NCBI GenBank assembly: GCA_041645555.1
Contig: JBAZPX010000001.1
Coordinates: forward strand, 204,731 to 268,730
Direction of reading: 5' to 3'
DNA: 64,000 nucleotides
Origin: Patescibacteria group bacterium
Lineage (GTDB): Bacteria > Patescibacteriota > Patescibacteriia > Patescibacteriales > JAQTRU01
A model generated the notes under the pieces. The model ran no database searches. It saw only the letters and a program-made list of their open reading frames with translations, and was not told the DNA's origin. Each line of letters opens with the position of its first letter. The first letter of the stretch is position 1. Positions 17,333-25,704 of the stretch are shown piece after piece. A program made the position numbers and the translations under genes.

Positions 17333-20300
17333 ATGAAATTTGTCCATCTCCATACCCATAGCCATTATTCTTTGCTTGACGGCTTAACTAAAATAGACGA
17401 ACTCGTAGCCGCGGCTAAAGAAGACGGAGTTCCCGCTCTGGCTTTGACTGACCACGGGGTTATGTATGGCGCGATTGAGTTTTATCAGAAATGCAAAAAA
17501 GCCGGGATAAAGCCGATTATCGGGGTTGAAGCATATCTCGCGCCAAAATCCCGTTTTGACAAAAATTCCAGGGCGGATGAAAATTATTACCATCTGATTC
17601 TCTTGGCGAAAAATAATGAAGGTTATAAAAATTTAATAAAACTCACGACGATCGCCCATCTCGAAGGGTTTTATTATAAGCCGAGAATAGACTGGGAAGT
17701 TTTAGAAAAATATCATGACGGCTTGATCGCCTCTACCGCCTGTTTAGGCGGGGAAATACCCCACCTCATTTTATCGGGCAAACTGGAAAAAGCTCGGCAA
17801 AGGATCATTGAATATAATAATCTTTTTGGCCAGGATAATTTTTATTTGGAATTGCAGGACCATCCCACCCTAGATGGTCAAGGCGAAGTTAATAAGAAAT
17901 TGATTGAGTTTTCCCGGGAATTGGGGGTCCCTTTAATTGCCACCAATGATATCCATTATTTAAAGAAAGAGGACGACGAAGCGCAGGATATCCTTCTTTG
18001 CCTGCAGAATAAAAAAAAGAAAGAAGATAGCGACCGAATGAACATGACCGGGGTTGATTATTCAATGCGCCCGGGCCGGGAAATAGCCGAAGCTTTCCGC
18101 GACGTGCCGGAGGCAATCGCCAATACGGAAAAGGTCGCTCTAGCCTGCGAAGTAAATATTGAATTAGGCAATATTACTCTGCCTTTTTTTGAGGTGCCGG
18201 AGGGCTATAATGAAATAAATTATTTAGGGGAACTATGCCGGCAGGGCCTGGATAAAAGATATGGAAAAAATTACGAAAAAGTTGGCAAGGAGATAAGAGA
18301 AAGAATGGATTATGAATTGTCCGTGATTGAGAAAGTGGGCTTTTCTTCTTACTTCTTGATTGTGGCGGATTTCGTTAATTGGGCGAAAGACAACGGGATT
18401 GTCGTTGGTCCGGGCCGAGGTTCGGCGGCCGGCTCTTTAGTCTGTTTTTTAACCGGCATAACGAACCTGGATCCCTTAAAATACGATTTGCTTTTTGAGC
18501 GTTTCTTAAATCCCGACCGTATCTCCATGCCGGATATAGATATGGACTTTGCCGATACCGGGCGGGATGAGGTAATCCGTTATGTGGAAGAGAAATACGG
18601 GAAAGACCATGTTTCCCAGATTATTACTTTTGGGACGATGGCGGCCAGAGCCGCTGTTCGCGACGTCGGCCGGGTTCTAGATTATCCCTATGACTACTGC
18701 GATAAATTAGCCAAGATGATCCCGATGTTTTTAAAAATTGACGAGGCTTTGAAAAATGTTAATGAGTTAAAAGAGATATATAAGAACGAAGAAGCGGCCC
18801 GGCGGATTATTAATTATGCCAAACGCTTGGAAGGCGTGGCGCGGCACGCTTCCACCCATGCTTGCGGAGTTCTTATCACTAAAGAGCCACTCACTGATTA
18901 TGTACCTTTGCAGTACGCTTCTTCGTCCGACCGCAGCATAGTTTCCCAATACAGCCTGCATCCGATCGAGGATCTGGGCCTCTTAAAGATGGATTTTTTG
19001 GGGCTTAAAAATTTAACGATCATTGAGTCGGCCATTAAGATTATAAAAAATACCCGCGGTTTTGAGATTGATATTAATGATATTCCTTTGACTGATAAAA
19101 AGACTTACGATTTATTCCAGGCCGGAGAGACGACCGGGGTATTCCAGTTTGAATCATCCGGCATGAAGCGGTATCTCAAGGAACTTAAACCCACGGAGTT
19201 TGAGGATATTGTCGCCATGGTGGCCCTGTACCGGCCCGGTCCGATGGAATGGATAGAAGATTATATCAACGGGAAACATAACCGAAAAAAAGTTTCTTAT
19301 CTTCACCCCAAACTCGAACCAATCCTTTCCAAAACTTACGGCGTGGCGATTTATCAGGAGCAGGTTATGGAAATCGCTAAAAGTTTAGCCGGGTTTTCCA
19401 TGGCCGAGGCGGATGTTTTAAGAAAAGCCGTTGGGAAAAAGATTTTGGAACTTTTAGCCAAACAAAGAGAAAAATTTGTTGACGGCTGCGTGAAGAACGG
19501 CATTGCCAAGGAGCAGGCGGAAAAGATTTTTTCTTTTATTGAACCGTTCGCCGGTTATGGCTTTAATCGAAGCCACGCCGCCTGCTATGCTTTAATCGGC
19601 TACCAGACCGCTTATTTAAAAGCCCATTGGCCGGCGGAATTTATGGCCGCGTTGCTCACTTCCGACCAGCAGAATACGGACAGGATTACTATCGAAATCG
19701 AAGAGTGCCGGAAAATGGGGATTAACATAATGCCGCCCGATATAAATGAATCTTTCGCTTCTTTTACCGTCGTGACGAGCGGCACAAAAGCCAACCAGGC
19801 GGTCGGGGAAGCCGAGGAAGTTAAGACTATCCGTTTCGGTTTAAGGGCCGTAAAGAATGTCGGCGAGAATATTGTGGGGGTAATTATAAAAGAGAGAAAG
19901 ACGGAAGGGCCTTATAAAAATATTTTTGATTTTTTGGCCAGGGTGACTGATAAGGATTTAAATAAAAAGTCTTTGGAAAGCCTGATAAAAAGCGGCGGTT
20001 TAGACCAATTTGGCGAGCGCGGGCAGATGCTTGCCAATATTGACGGCTTGCTTAGCTTTAATAAAGAGGTGAGCAAAGCCAAGGGGAGCAAACAAAACAG
20101 TTTGTTTATTGACGCTCCCAGTTTAAATAAGGGAAATGAAATAAAGCTGGCCCCAGCTCCGCCGGCCGGAAACCGGGAAAAGCTTGATTGGGAAAAAGAA
20201 TTATTGGGTTTTTATATTACCGAGCATCCGTTTTCAAGCTATGAGAAATATTTGCTAGATATAATTGTTCCTTTAGCCGAACTGCAATCAGCTTTATTGG

Positions 20301-20989
20301 AGGACCCGAGTTCATCCGGCATTTTTCCGGGGAAAGCGAATTTTTCTTCCGGCCAAAACGGAAACGGCGAGCTGATTAATATTTCCGGAATAATTACCAG
20401 CATAAAAAAAATAACTACCCGCACGAATGAATCAATGTTTTTTGTTAAAATAGAAGATGCCATAAGCAATGTGGAAGTTTTGGTATTTCCCCGTTTGCTA
20501 AAAGAAACTGCTTATATCTGGCAGGAAGGGAAAGCGATTATCTGCCAGGGAAAAATTTCCACTAAAGACCGGGAAATAAAATTATTGGCCAATAAGGCCG
20601 AAGAGCTAATTTTAGAAACTATTGAAAATTCCATAAGTAATTTTAGGAAAAAGTCGGCTAGTAACGGTTTTACTAAGAGAGGAAACGGGAATGGTTTAGA
20701 TAGCCGCAGGGAAAAATTCGCAGATAAAGCAGCGCCCCTTCTTCCTCCTAAAGCTGCCAGCCGGCCCTTGGGGTTAATGTTTAAAAAGGGTTTGGATCCG
20801 GAAGAGCTTGAAGAGCTTAAGGGTATATTTTTAAGAAATAAGGGAGAGGATAAGGTTTATTTTATAATCAGAGATGGCCAGGGAAAAAGCGTAATGGAAA
20901 CAGGTTTCCGCGTAAACAATAGTAATTATTTAAGGGAAGAAATAACCGGTTTGTTTGGCGGCAGCTTAGAGGTTGTAGACAAAAAATAA
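17333..20989 (+). CDS. dnaE: DNA polymerase III alpha subunit DnaE
   Basis: PHP domain (FVHLHTHSHYSLLDG), polymerase core (PDIDMDF, GLLKMDFLGL, RPGPM) and OB-fold region. 1218 aa. Confidence 0.95.
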   Translation: MKFVHLHTHSHYSLLDGLTKIDELVAAAKEDGVPALALTDHGVMYGAIEFYQKCKKAGIKPIIGVEAYLAPKSRFDKNSRADENYYHLILLAKNNEGYKNLIKLTTIAHLEGFYYKPRIDWEVLEKYHDGLIASTACLGGEIPHLILSGKLEKARQRIIEYNNLFGQDNFYLELQDHPTLDGQGEVNKKLIEFSRELGVPLIATNDIHYLKKEDDEAQDILLCLQNKKKKEDSDRMNMTGVDYSMRPGREIAEAFRDVPEAIANTEKVALACEVNIELGNITLPFFEVPEGYNEINYLGELCRQGLDKRYGKNYEKVGKEIRERMDYELSVIEKVGFSSYFLIVADFVNWAKDNGIVVGPGRGSAAGSLVCFLTGITNLDPLKYDLLFERFLNPDRISMPDIDMDFADTGRDEVIRYVEEKYGKDHVSQIITFGTMAARAAVRDVGRVLDYPYDYCDKLAKMIPMFLKIDEALKNVNELKEIYKNEEAARRIINYAKRLEGVARHASTHACGVLITKEPLTDYVPLQYASSSDRSIVSQYSLHPIEDLGLLKMDFLGLKNLTIIESAIKIIKNTRGFEIDINDIPLTDKKTYDLFQAGETTGVFQFESSGMKRYLKELKPTEFEDIVAMVALYRPGPMEWIEDYINGKHNRKKVSYLHPKLEPILSKTYGVAIYQEQVMEIAKSLAGFSMAEADVLRKAVGKKILELLAKQREKFVDGCVKNGIAKEQAEKIFSFIEPFAGYGFNRSHAACYALIGYQTAYLKAHWPAEFMAALLTSDQQNTDRITIEIEECRKMGINIMPPDINESFASFTVVTSGTKANQAVGEAEEVKTIRFGLRAVKNVGENIVGVIIKERKTEGPYKNIFDFLARVTDKDLNKKSLESLIKSGGLDQFGERGQMLANIDGLLSFNKEVSKAKGSKQNSLFIDAPSLNKGNEIKLAPAPPAGNREKLDWEKELLGFYITEHPFSSYEKYLLDIIVPLAELQSALLEDPSSSGIFPGKANFSSGQNGNGELINISGIITSIKKITTRTNESMFFVKIEDAISNVEVLVFPRLLKETAYIWQEGKAIICQGKISTKDREIKLLANKAEELILETIENSISNFRKKSASNGFTKRGNGNGLDSRREKFADKAAPLLPPKAASRPLGLMFKKGLDPEELEELKGIFLRNKGEDKVYFIIRDGQGKSVMETGFRVNNSNYLREEITGLFGGSLEVVDKK

Positions 20990-21012
20990 AAAGTTTGTTA
21001 TATTATTAGTGT

Positions 21013-21155
21013 AACTACGAATTATCACCGCCTAGGCGGGATCCCGCTAGCAATAAATAATAAGGAGCGGGACAAATCCGCTACGAATTTACGAATTTTG
21101 GCAGAAAAAGTTCATTCAGTATTCGTAAATTTGTAATAAATTTGTAATTCGTAGG
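21013..21155. repeat. Intergenic word array (ctacgaatt / aattcgtag words) with embedded GC hairpins
   Basis: ctacgaatt...ctacgaatttacgaatttt faces tattcgtaaatttgtaataaatttgtaattcgtag. Internal hairpins ccgcctaggcgg and atcccgct...agcggga. Confidence 0.75.
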
Positions 21156-21249
21156 GAAGTAAACATCTATAAACCGCGTTAACTTGAAAATCAGTCGAGA
21201 GTATAATACTGCTTAAGTCGTGTTAATAATATTAAAATAAGGAGGAATT

Positions 21250-22674
21250 ATGCCAAAAATAAAAGGAAAAATAGAGAAATCTTCCCTTTCAAAAAAAAAC
21301 AATAAAGAAGCCGCTCCTTTAGTTGTTGAAGAGGAGGCCAAGTTTCCCCTAAAAATAGGCCAAGTTTACCAACCGTCTTCTTCTGTGGATAATGCCAGTC
21401 CTGGCCCTAAAAAGCAGAATAAAAATCCTAAAAAATTAGAATCAAGCCCGCTTCGGCCGCTTAAGCGACCCCGCTTAGGGGGAGAGGCTGGCTCAGCCTC
21501 GTTAAGTCTAAGCGAGCCAGCCGAAAAAGAGGCAAAAAAAAATATGAATCCTCCAAAAATAAATTTATACCGCAAAATAGCCCTGAGTTTTATTGTTTTA
21601 ACGGTTATTTTACTGGGTGTTATTTTTTATTTTTCTTTCGTTAAGTTAAATATCGTTTTGATACCGGCGCAGGAAAGGTTAAGCGACAGTTTATCCATAG
21701 ATATTTATGGGAGCGGCAGCGAGCCGGCCGTATTAGAGAAATCTCTGGCTGGCATTGTGGAGCAAACAAGCATTGAGGAGAAAAATACCTATTCCGCCAG
21801 CGGATCAGAAAAGATCGGCGAAGAAGTGACAGGCAAGGTTACGGTTATAAATAATTACAATAAAAGTCAGCCGTTGGTGGCGACCACCAGATTGCTGTCT
21901 TCGGATAATAAATTGTTCCGGATAAAAAATACAATCAATGTGCCGGCAGGAGGATCGCAGGAAGTAGAAATATATGCTGATCTAGTCAATGAAGATATGG
22001 CTATCGGCCCGACAAAATTTACGATTCCTGGCTTATGGGCCGGGCTGCAGGATAAAATTTATGCTGAAAGCAAGGAAAAATTTGTTTATGGGCAGCAGGC
22101 AAAAAAATATATTCAGCAGTCAGATATTGACCAGGCGACTAAGGATTTAAAAAGAAGCCTATTGGAAAAAGCAAAGAACGAAATAGGCGAGAACTATAAA
22201 GGTTATAATGAAGTTATTTATAGTGTTGATGAAAATACGATCAGCACCGAGGTCGGCGGGAAAGTGGGCGAAGAGAAGGATAAATTTGATGTAAGCATGA
22301 AGGCGATGGTAACGATTGTCGCTTTTTCGGGCGACGAGGCGGGGAAAATGGGAAAGGAAAAATTAGCGGAAGTGGTGCCGGATAATAAGGAACTCATAGA
22401 ATTTAAGCCGGAAGAGGCAAGTTACAGTTTAAACAGTTTTGATGTGGCGGCGGGCCGGGCAACGGTTAACGCTACTTTTGAAGGCAAGATGAGCTTAAAA
22501 AGCGAAGCGGATATTATTGACCGGCAGAAAATCGTTAATTTAACGCGCGAGCAACTAGAAGATTATTTAAGCGGCTTTAAGGAAATTGCCGGTTATGAAA
22601 TTAATTTCTTCCCGTCTTTTATAGACAAGGTGCCGAATTTAGCAGACAGGATAAATATAGAAGTTAGGGAGTAA
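21250..22674 (+). CDS. Membrane-anchored protein of unknown function (disordered N-terminus, one TM helix, large extracytoplasmic domain)
   Basis: AGGAGG RBS before the ATG and a TM segment IALSFIVLTVILLGVIFYFSF. I recognise no family. Confidence 0.75.
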   Translation: MPKIKGKIEKSSLSKKNNKEAAPLVVEEEAKFPLKIGQVYQPSSSVDNASPGPKKQNKNPKKLESSPLRPLKRPRLGGEAGSASLSLSEPAEKEAKKNMNPPKINLYRKIALSFIVLTVILLGVIFYFSFVKLNIVLIPAQERLSDSLSIDIYGSGSEPAVLEKSLAGIVEQTSIEEKNTYSASGSEKIGEEVTGKVTVINNYNKSQPLVATTRLLSSDNKLFRIKNTINVPAGGSQEVEIYADLVNEDMAIGPTKFTIPGLWAGLQDKIYAESKEKFVYGQQAKKYIQQSDIDQATKDLKRSLLEKAKNEIGENYKGYNEVIYSVDENTISTEVGGKVGEEKDKFDVSMKAMVTIVAFSGDEAGKMGKEKLAEVVPDNKELIEFKPEEASYSLNSFDVAAGRATVNATFEGKMSLKSEADIIDRQKIVNLTREQLEDYLSGFKEIAGYEINFFPSFIDKVPNLADRINIEVRE

Positions 22675-22703
22675 AGAGCTTATTATAAATTAAAGTAAAA
22701 TAT

Positions 22704-23057
22704 ATGCTGAGAGAAAAAGGGCCGGATATGCCTTCCGGCAAAGAAGAATGGAGGAGAGAGTTAGAATTAAGACGCCAAGGTTTAGATCAAGCAGATCAGG
22801 AGTTATTAAAGAATAGCAGTCCGGCCAATTCAGAAGTTCATAATAAACATTGGAAGACGTTTAACAGGGTAATAACTATTGATACTTTTTTGGAGCCGGG
22901 CAATAGTGGGTTAAGCCGGGACGAACTAATGGAAAAAGTTCATAGTAATATGGGCACCGCGTTTATTAAAAGTGTGTTTGAAGAAGAGATGGATGAAATA
23001 GAGAAAGTGTCAGGGATGGAGAAGGATGAAATAGAGAAAATAAGAGACGTCGCTTAA
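22704..23057 (+). CDS. Hypothetical acidic protein (117 aa)
   Basis: ORF only; no motif recognised. Confidence 0.45.
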   Translation: MLREKGPDMPSGKEEWRRELELRRQGLDQADQELLKNSSPANSEVHNKHWKTFNRVITIDTFLEPGNSGLSRDELMEKVHSNMGTAFIKSVFEEEMDEIEKVSGMEKDEIEKIRDVA

Positions 23058-23079
23058 TAAAATTTATTATAATTTATCC

Positions 23080-23270
23080 AAGAGGCGATTGCCGTGGTTA
23101 CCAGCCATGGTGTTACGTAAGCTACGTAATATCCCGAGTACTCGGGACTAAGCCAAGAGGGTAAAGAAAGAGTGGTCTTGTTTCTAGCGAGACAATCTGG
23201 GTGGAACCGCGGAATTAAAAACTCCGTCCCGGTGTGTTAAATTATTTTAATACATTGAGGCGGGGTTTTT
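23080..23270 (+). promoter_or_regulatory. T-box riboswitch-like leader (antiterminator/terminator switch) upstream of GNAT-thrS
   Basis: T-box core GGGTGGAACCGCGG at 23199-23212. Canonical antiterminator: helix A1 cuggg/cccgg, 7-nt bulge UGGAACC, helix A2 gcgg/ccgu. Competing terminator cuccguccc (23222-23230) with gaggcgggg (23257-23265) plus U5. Stem-III-like hairpin gtcttg/cgagac just 5' of the core. TATAAT at 23068-23073. The Stem I region is atypical. Confidence 0.7.
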
Positions 23271-23306
23271 AAAATGAATAATTAATAATGAAAAATAAAT
23301 AATTAT

Positions 23307-23846
23307 ATGATCGGGTCGATTTTAAAAGGTGAAAAAGTGATATTGAGGCCGATAAAAGTCAGTGAAGCTGAGAATTTTTTGCGTTGGTTTAAAGATTCTA
23401 AAGTTACTAGGTTCCTTAGGATAGAAGGAGGGGATTTAAATTTAAAAAAGGAAAGGGATATTATCAAAAATATTAGAAAAAATAAAAATAAAATGGTGTG
23501 GTCTATTTATACTAAGGAGGGTAAACATATTGGCGACTCGGGGCTGCATGAGTTAGATTTAAAAAGAAATAAAAAAGCTACGTGGGGAATTGTAATCGGC
23601 GAAAAAAATTATTGGGGCCAAGGATATGGCACCGATACTTTGAGGACCATTTTGAAATTTTGTTTTACTAAATTAAAACTAAACAGGGTAGAATTGTCTG
23701 TTTATCCTCCGAATATAGCCGGTTTTAAATTATATACTAAATGCGGTTTTAAAAAGGAAGGGATAAAAAGAAGATCTATTATGAAGAGGGGAAAATATTT
23801 AGATGAGATAATTATGGGGATATTAAAAAAAGAATTTAAAAATTAA
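23307..23846 (+). CDS. GNAT N-acetyltransferase (RimJ/RimL-like)
   Basis: Acetyl-CoA-binding motif region WGQGYGTDTLRTILKFCF. Typical length and LRPI..SEAENF N-terminus. Confidence 0.8.
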   Translation: MIGSILKGEKVILRPIKVSEAENFLRWFKDSKVTRFLRIEGGDLNLKKERDIIKNIRKNKNKMVWSIYTKEGKHIGDSGLHELDLKRNKKATWGIVIGEKNYWGQGYGTDTLRTILKFCFTKLKLNRVELSVYPPNIAGFKLYTKCGFKKEGIKRRSIMKRGKYLDEIIMGILKKEFKN

Positions 23847-23856
23847 CTATAAAAAT

Positions 23857-25641
23857 ATGGATAAAGAAAAAAATTTAGAGATTATTCGGCATAGCTTAAG
23901 CCATGTTATGGCCGCGGCGGTTAAGGAGTTTTGGCCAAATGTGAAGTTCGCTATCGGGCCGGCGTTAGAAAACGGCTTTTATTATGATTTTGATTTTGGC
24001 AAAGAAAAAGTAAGCGAGGAAGATTTAGCCAAGATTGAGAAAAAAATGGAGGAGATTATAAAAAAAGACCTGAAATTTGAAAGGTCAGAAGTAAAAATTA
24101 ATGAAGCGATTGCCAGAGAAAAAAAATCCGAGCAGATTTATAAGGGAGAACTGATAAAAGATTTAAAAAAAGACCCAGCCTTCGCTAAAGCCTCGGCGGG
24201 CAAGGGGGGGGAAGTTAGTTATTATAAACTTGGCGAATTTGAAGATTTATGCCGCGGACCGCACGTGGCTTCAAGCGGAAAGCTGAATAATGCCGGCTTT
24301 AAACTGACTAAACTGGCCGGAGCCTATTGGCGGGGAGATGAAAAAAACGCTATGCTTACCCGGATTTACGCCGTGGCCTTCGCGAATAAAAAAGAGCTGG
24401 GAGATTATTTAAAGATGATGGAAGAGGCAGAAAAAAGAGACCATCGTAAATTAGGGAAAGAATTGGATTTGTTTGTGTTTTCCGATTTAGTCGGACCAGG
24501 TTTACCGTTATACACTTTTAAAGGCACGATTATTCGCCGTGAAATTATTAATTTTTCTAATGAGCTCCAGCGTGAAATTGGCTACCAGGAAGTGCATACG
24601 CCGAACATGAACAAAGCGGAACTTTTTAAAGTATCAGGCCATTATGATAAATACAAAGAAGATATGTTCCGAGTTGTTTCCAATTATACTGATGAAGAAT
24701 ATTTTCTCAAGCCCATGAATTGCCCGCAACACACGCAGATTTACGCCTCAGAAATGAGAAGCTATCGCGATTTGCCTATTAGGATAGCGGATTTTGCGAA
24801 TCTTTATCGTGACGAAAAGCCCGGCGAGCTTTCCGGCTTGATTCGCCTGCGCTCATTCTGCCAGGACGATGGCCATTGTTTTTGCCGGCCGGATCAGATT
24901 AAAAAAGAATTTCAATCTGTCCTTGGCGCCATTAAAAAAGCCTTGGCTGTTTACAAAATGGATTATCATATTCGTCTATCCCTCTGGGACCCAAGCCAAC
25001 CGGATAAATATTTAGGCGAACCGGCAGTGTGGGAAAAATCTCAAGCGATATTAAAAGATATTTTGGAAGAAAATAAATTAACTTATATCACCAGTATCGG
25101 CGAGGCGGCCATTTATGGCCCAAAAATGGACATTCTAACCAAGGATTCGCTCGGTCGTGAATGGCAAATATCCACTATTCAGCTTGATTTCATTATGCCG
25201 CAAAGATTCGGCTTGTCTTATATTGACGAGAATGGCAAGCAAAAGACGCCGGTTATGATCCATCGGGCGATTGTGGGCTCGCCAGAAAGATTTTTAGGCA
25301 TTTTAATCGAGCACTATGCCGGCGCGTTTCCGGTCTGGCTTTCGCCCGTTCAGGTAAAGATTATTTCTGTCGGAGAAGGCCATATTGAATTTTGCCAAAA
25401 GTTGGCCGGGGATTTTAGAGAAGAAAAAATAAGGGTAGAAGTGGATGGAGACAATGAAACCGTCGGCAATAAAATCAGGAAAGCGGTTGGCGAAAAAACA
25501 CCTTATGTTTTAGTAGTCGGGGACAAAGAAATGGAGTCTAAAAAATTAGCGGTGCGCGACCGGGGGTCTAGAGAAACCAGAGAAATAGAGAAAGATAAAT
25601 TTATTGCTGAAGTGAAAGAAAAGATTAAAAACAGGAAATAA
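23857..25641 (+). CDS. thrS: Threonine--tRNA ligase (no N-terminal TGS domain)
   Basis: Editing-domain RHSLSHVMAAAV, class II core motifs (DHRKLGKELDLF, FRDEKPGELSGLIRLRSF, HRAIVGSPERF) and the anticodon-binding domain. Confidence 0.95.
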   Translation: MDKEKNLEIIRHSLSHVMAAAVKEFWPNVKFAIGPALENGFYYDFDFGKEKVSEEDLAKIEKKMEEIIKKDLKFERSEVKINEAIAREKKSEQIYKGELIKDLKKDPAFAKASAGKGGEVSYYKLGEFEDLCRGPHVASSGKLNNAGFKLTKLAGAYWRGDEKNAMLTRIYAVAFANKKELGDYLKMMEEAEKRDHRKLGKELDLFVFSDLVGPGLPLYTFKGTIIRREIINFSNELQREIGYQEVHTPNMNKAELFKVSGHYDKYKEDMFRVVSNYTDEEYFLKPMNCPQHTQIYASEMRSYRDLPIRIADFANLYRDEKPGELSGLIRLRSFCQDDGHCFCRPDQIKKEFQSVLGAIKKALAVYKMDYHIRLSLWDPSQPDKYLGEPAVWEKSQAILKDILEENKLTYITSIGEAAIYGPKMDILTKDSLGREWQISTIQLDFIMPQRFGLSYIDENGKQKTPVMIHRAIVGSPERFLGILIEHYAGAFPVWLSPVQVKIISVGEGHIEFCQKLAGDFREEKIRVEVDGDNETVGNKIRKAVGEKTPYVLVVGDKEMESKKLAVRDRGSRETREIEKDKFIAEVKEKIKNRK

Positions 25642-25660
25642 AAAATTTTGAAAATAAAAA

Positions 25661-25691
25661 AAGCCCACCGGTTAAAAACGGGTGGGCTTTT
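25661..25691. terminator. Bidirectional rho-independent terminator between convergent thrS and aspartokinase
   Basis: agcccaccg...cgggtgggct hairpin flanked by an A-run and a T-run. Confidence 0.75.
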
Positions 25692-25704
25692 GTATTGATT
25701 TGCA

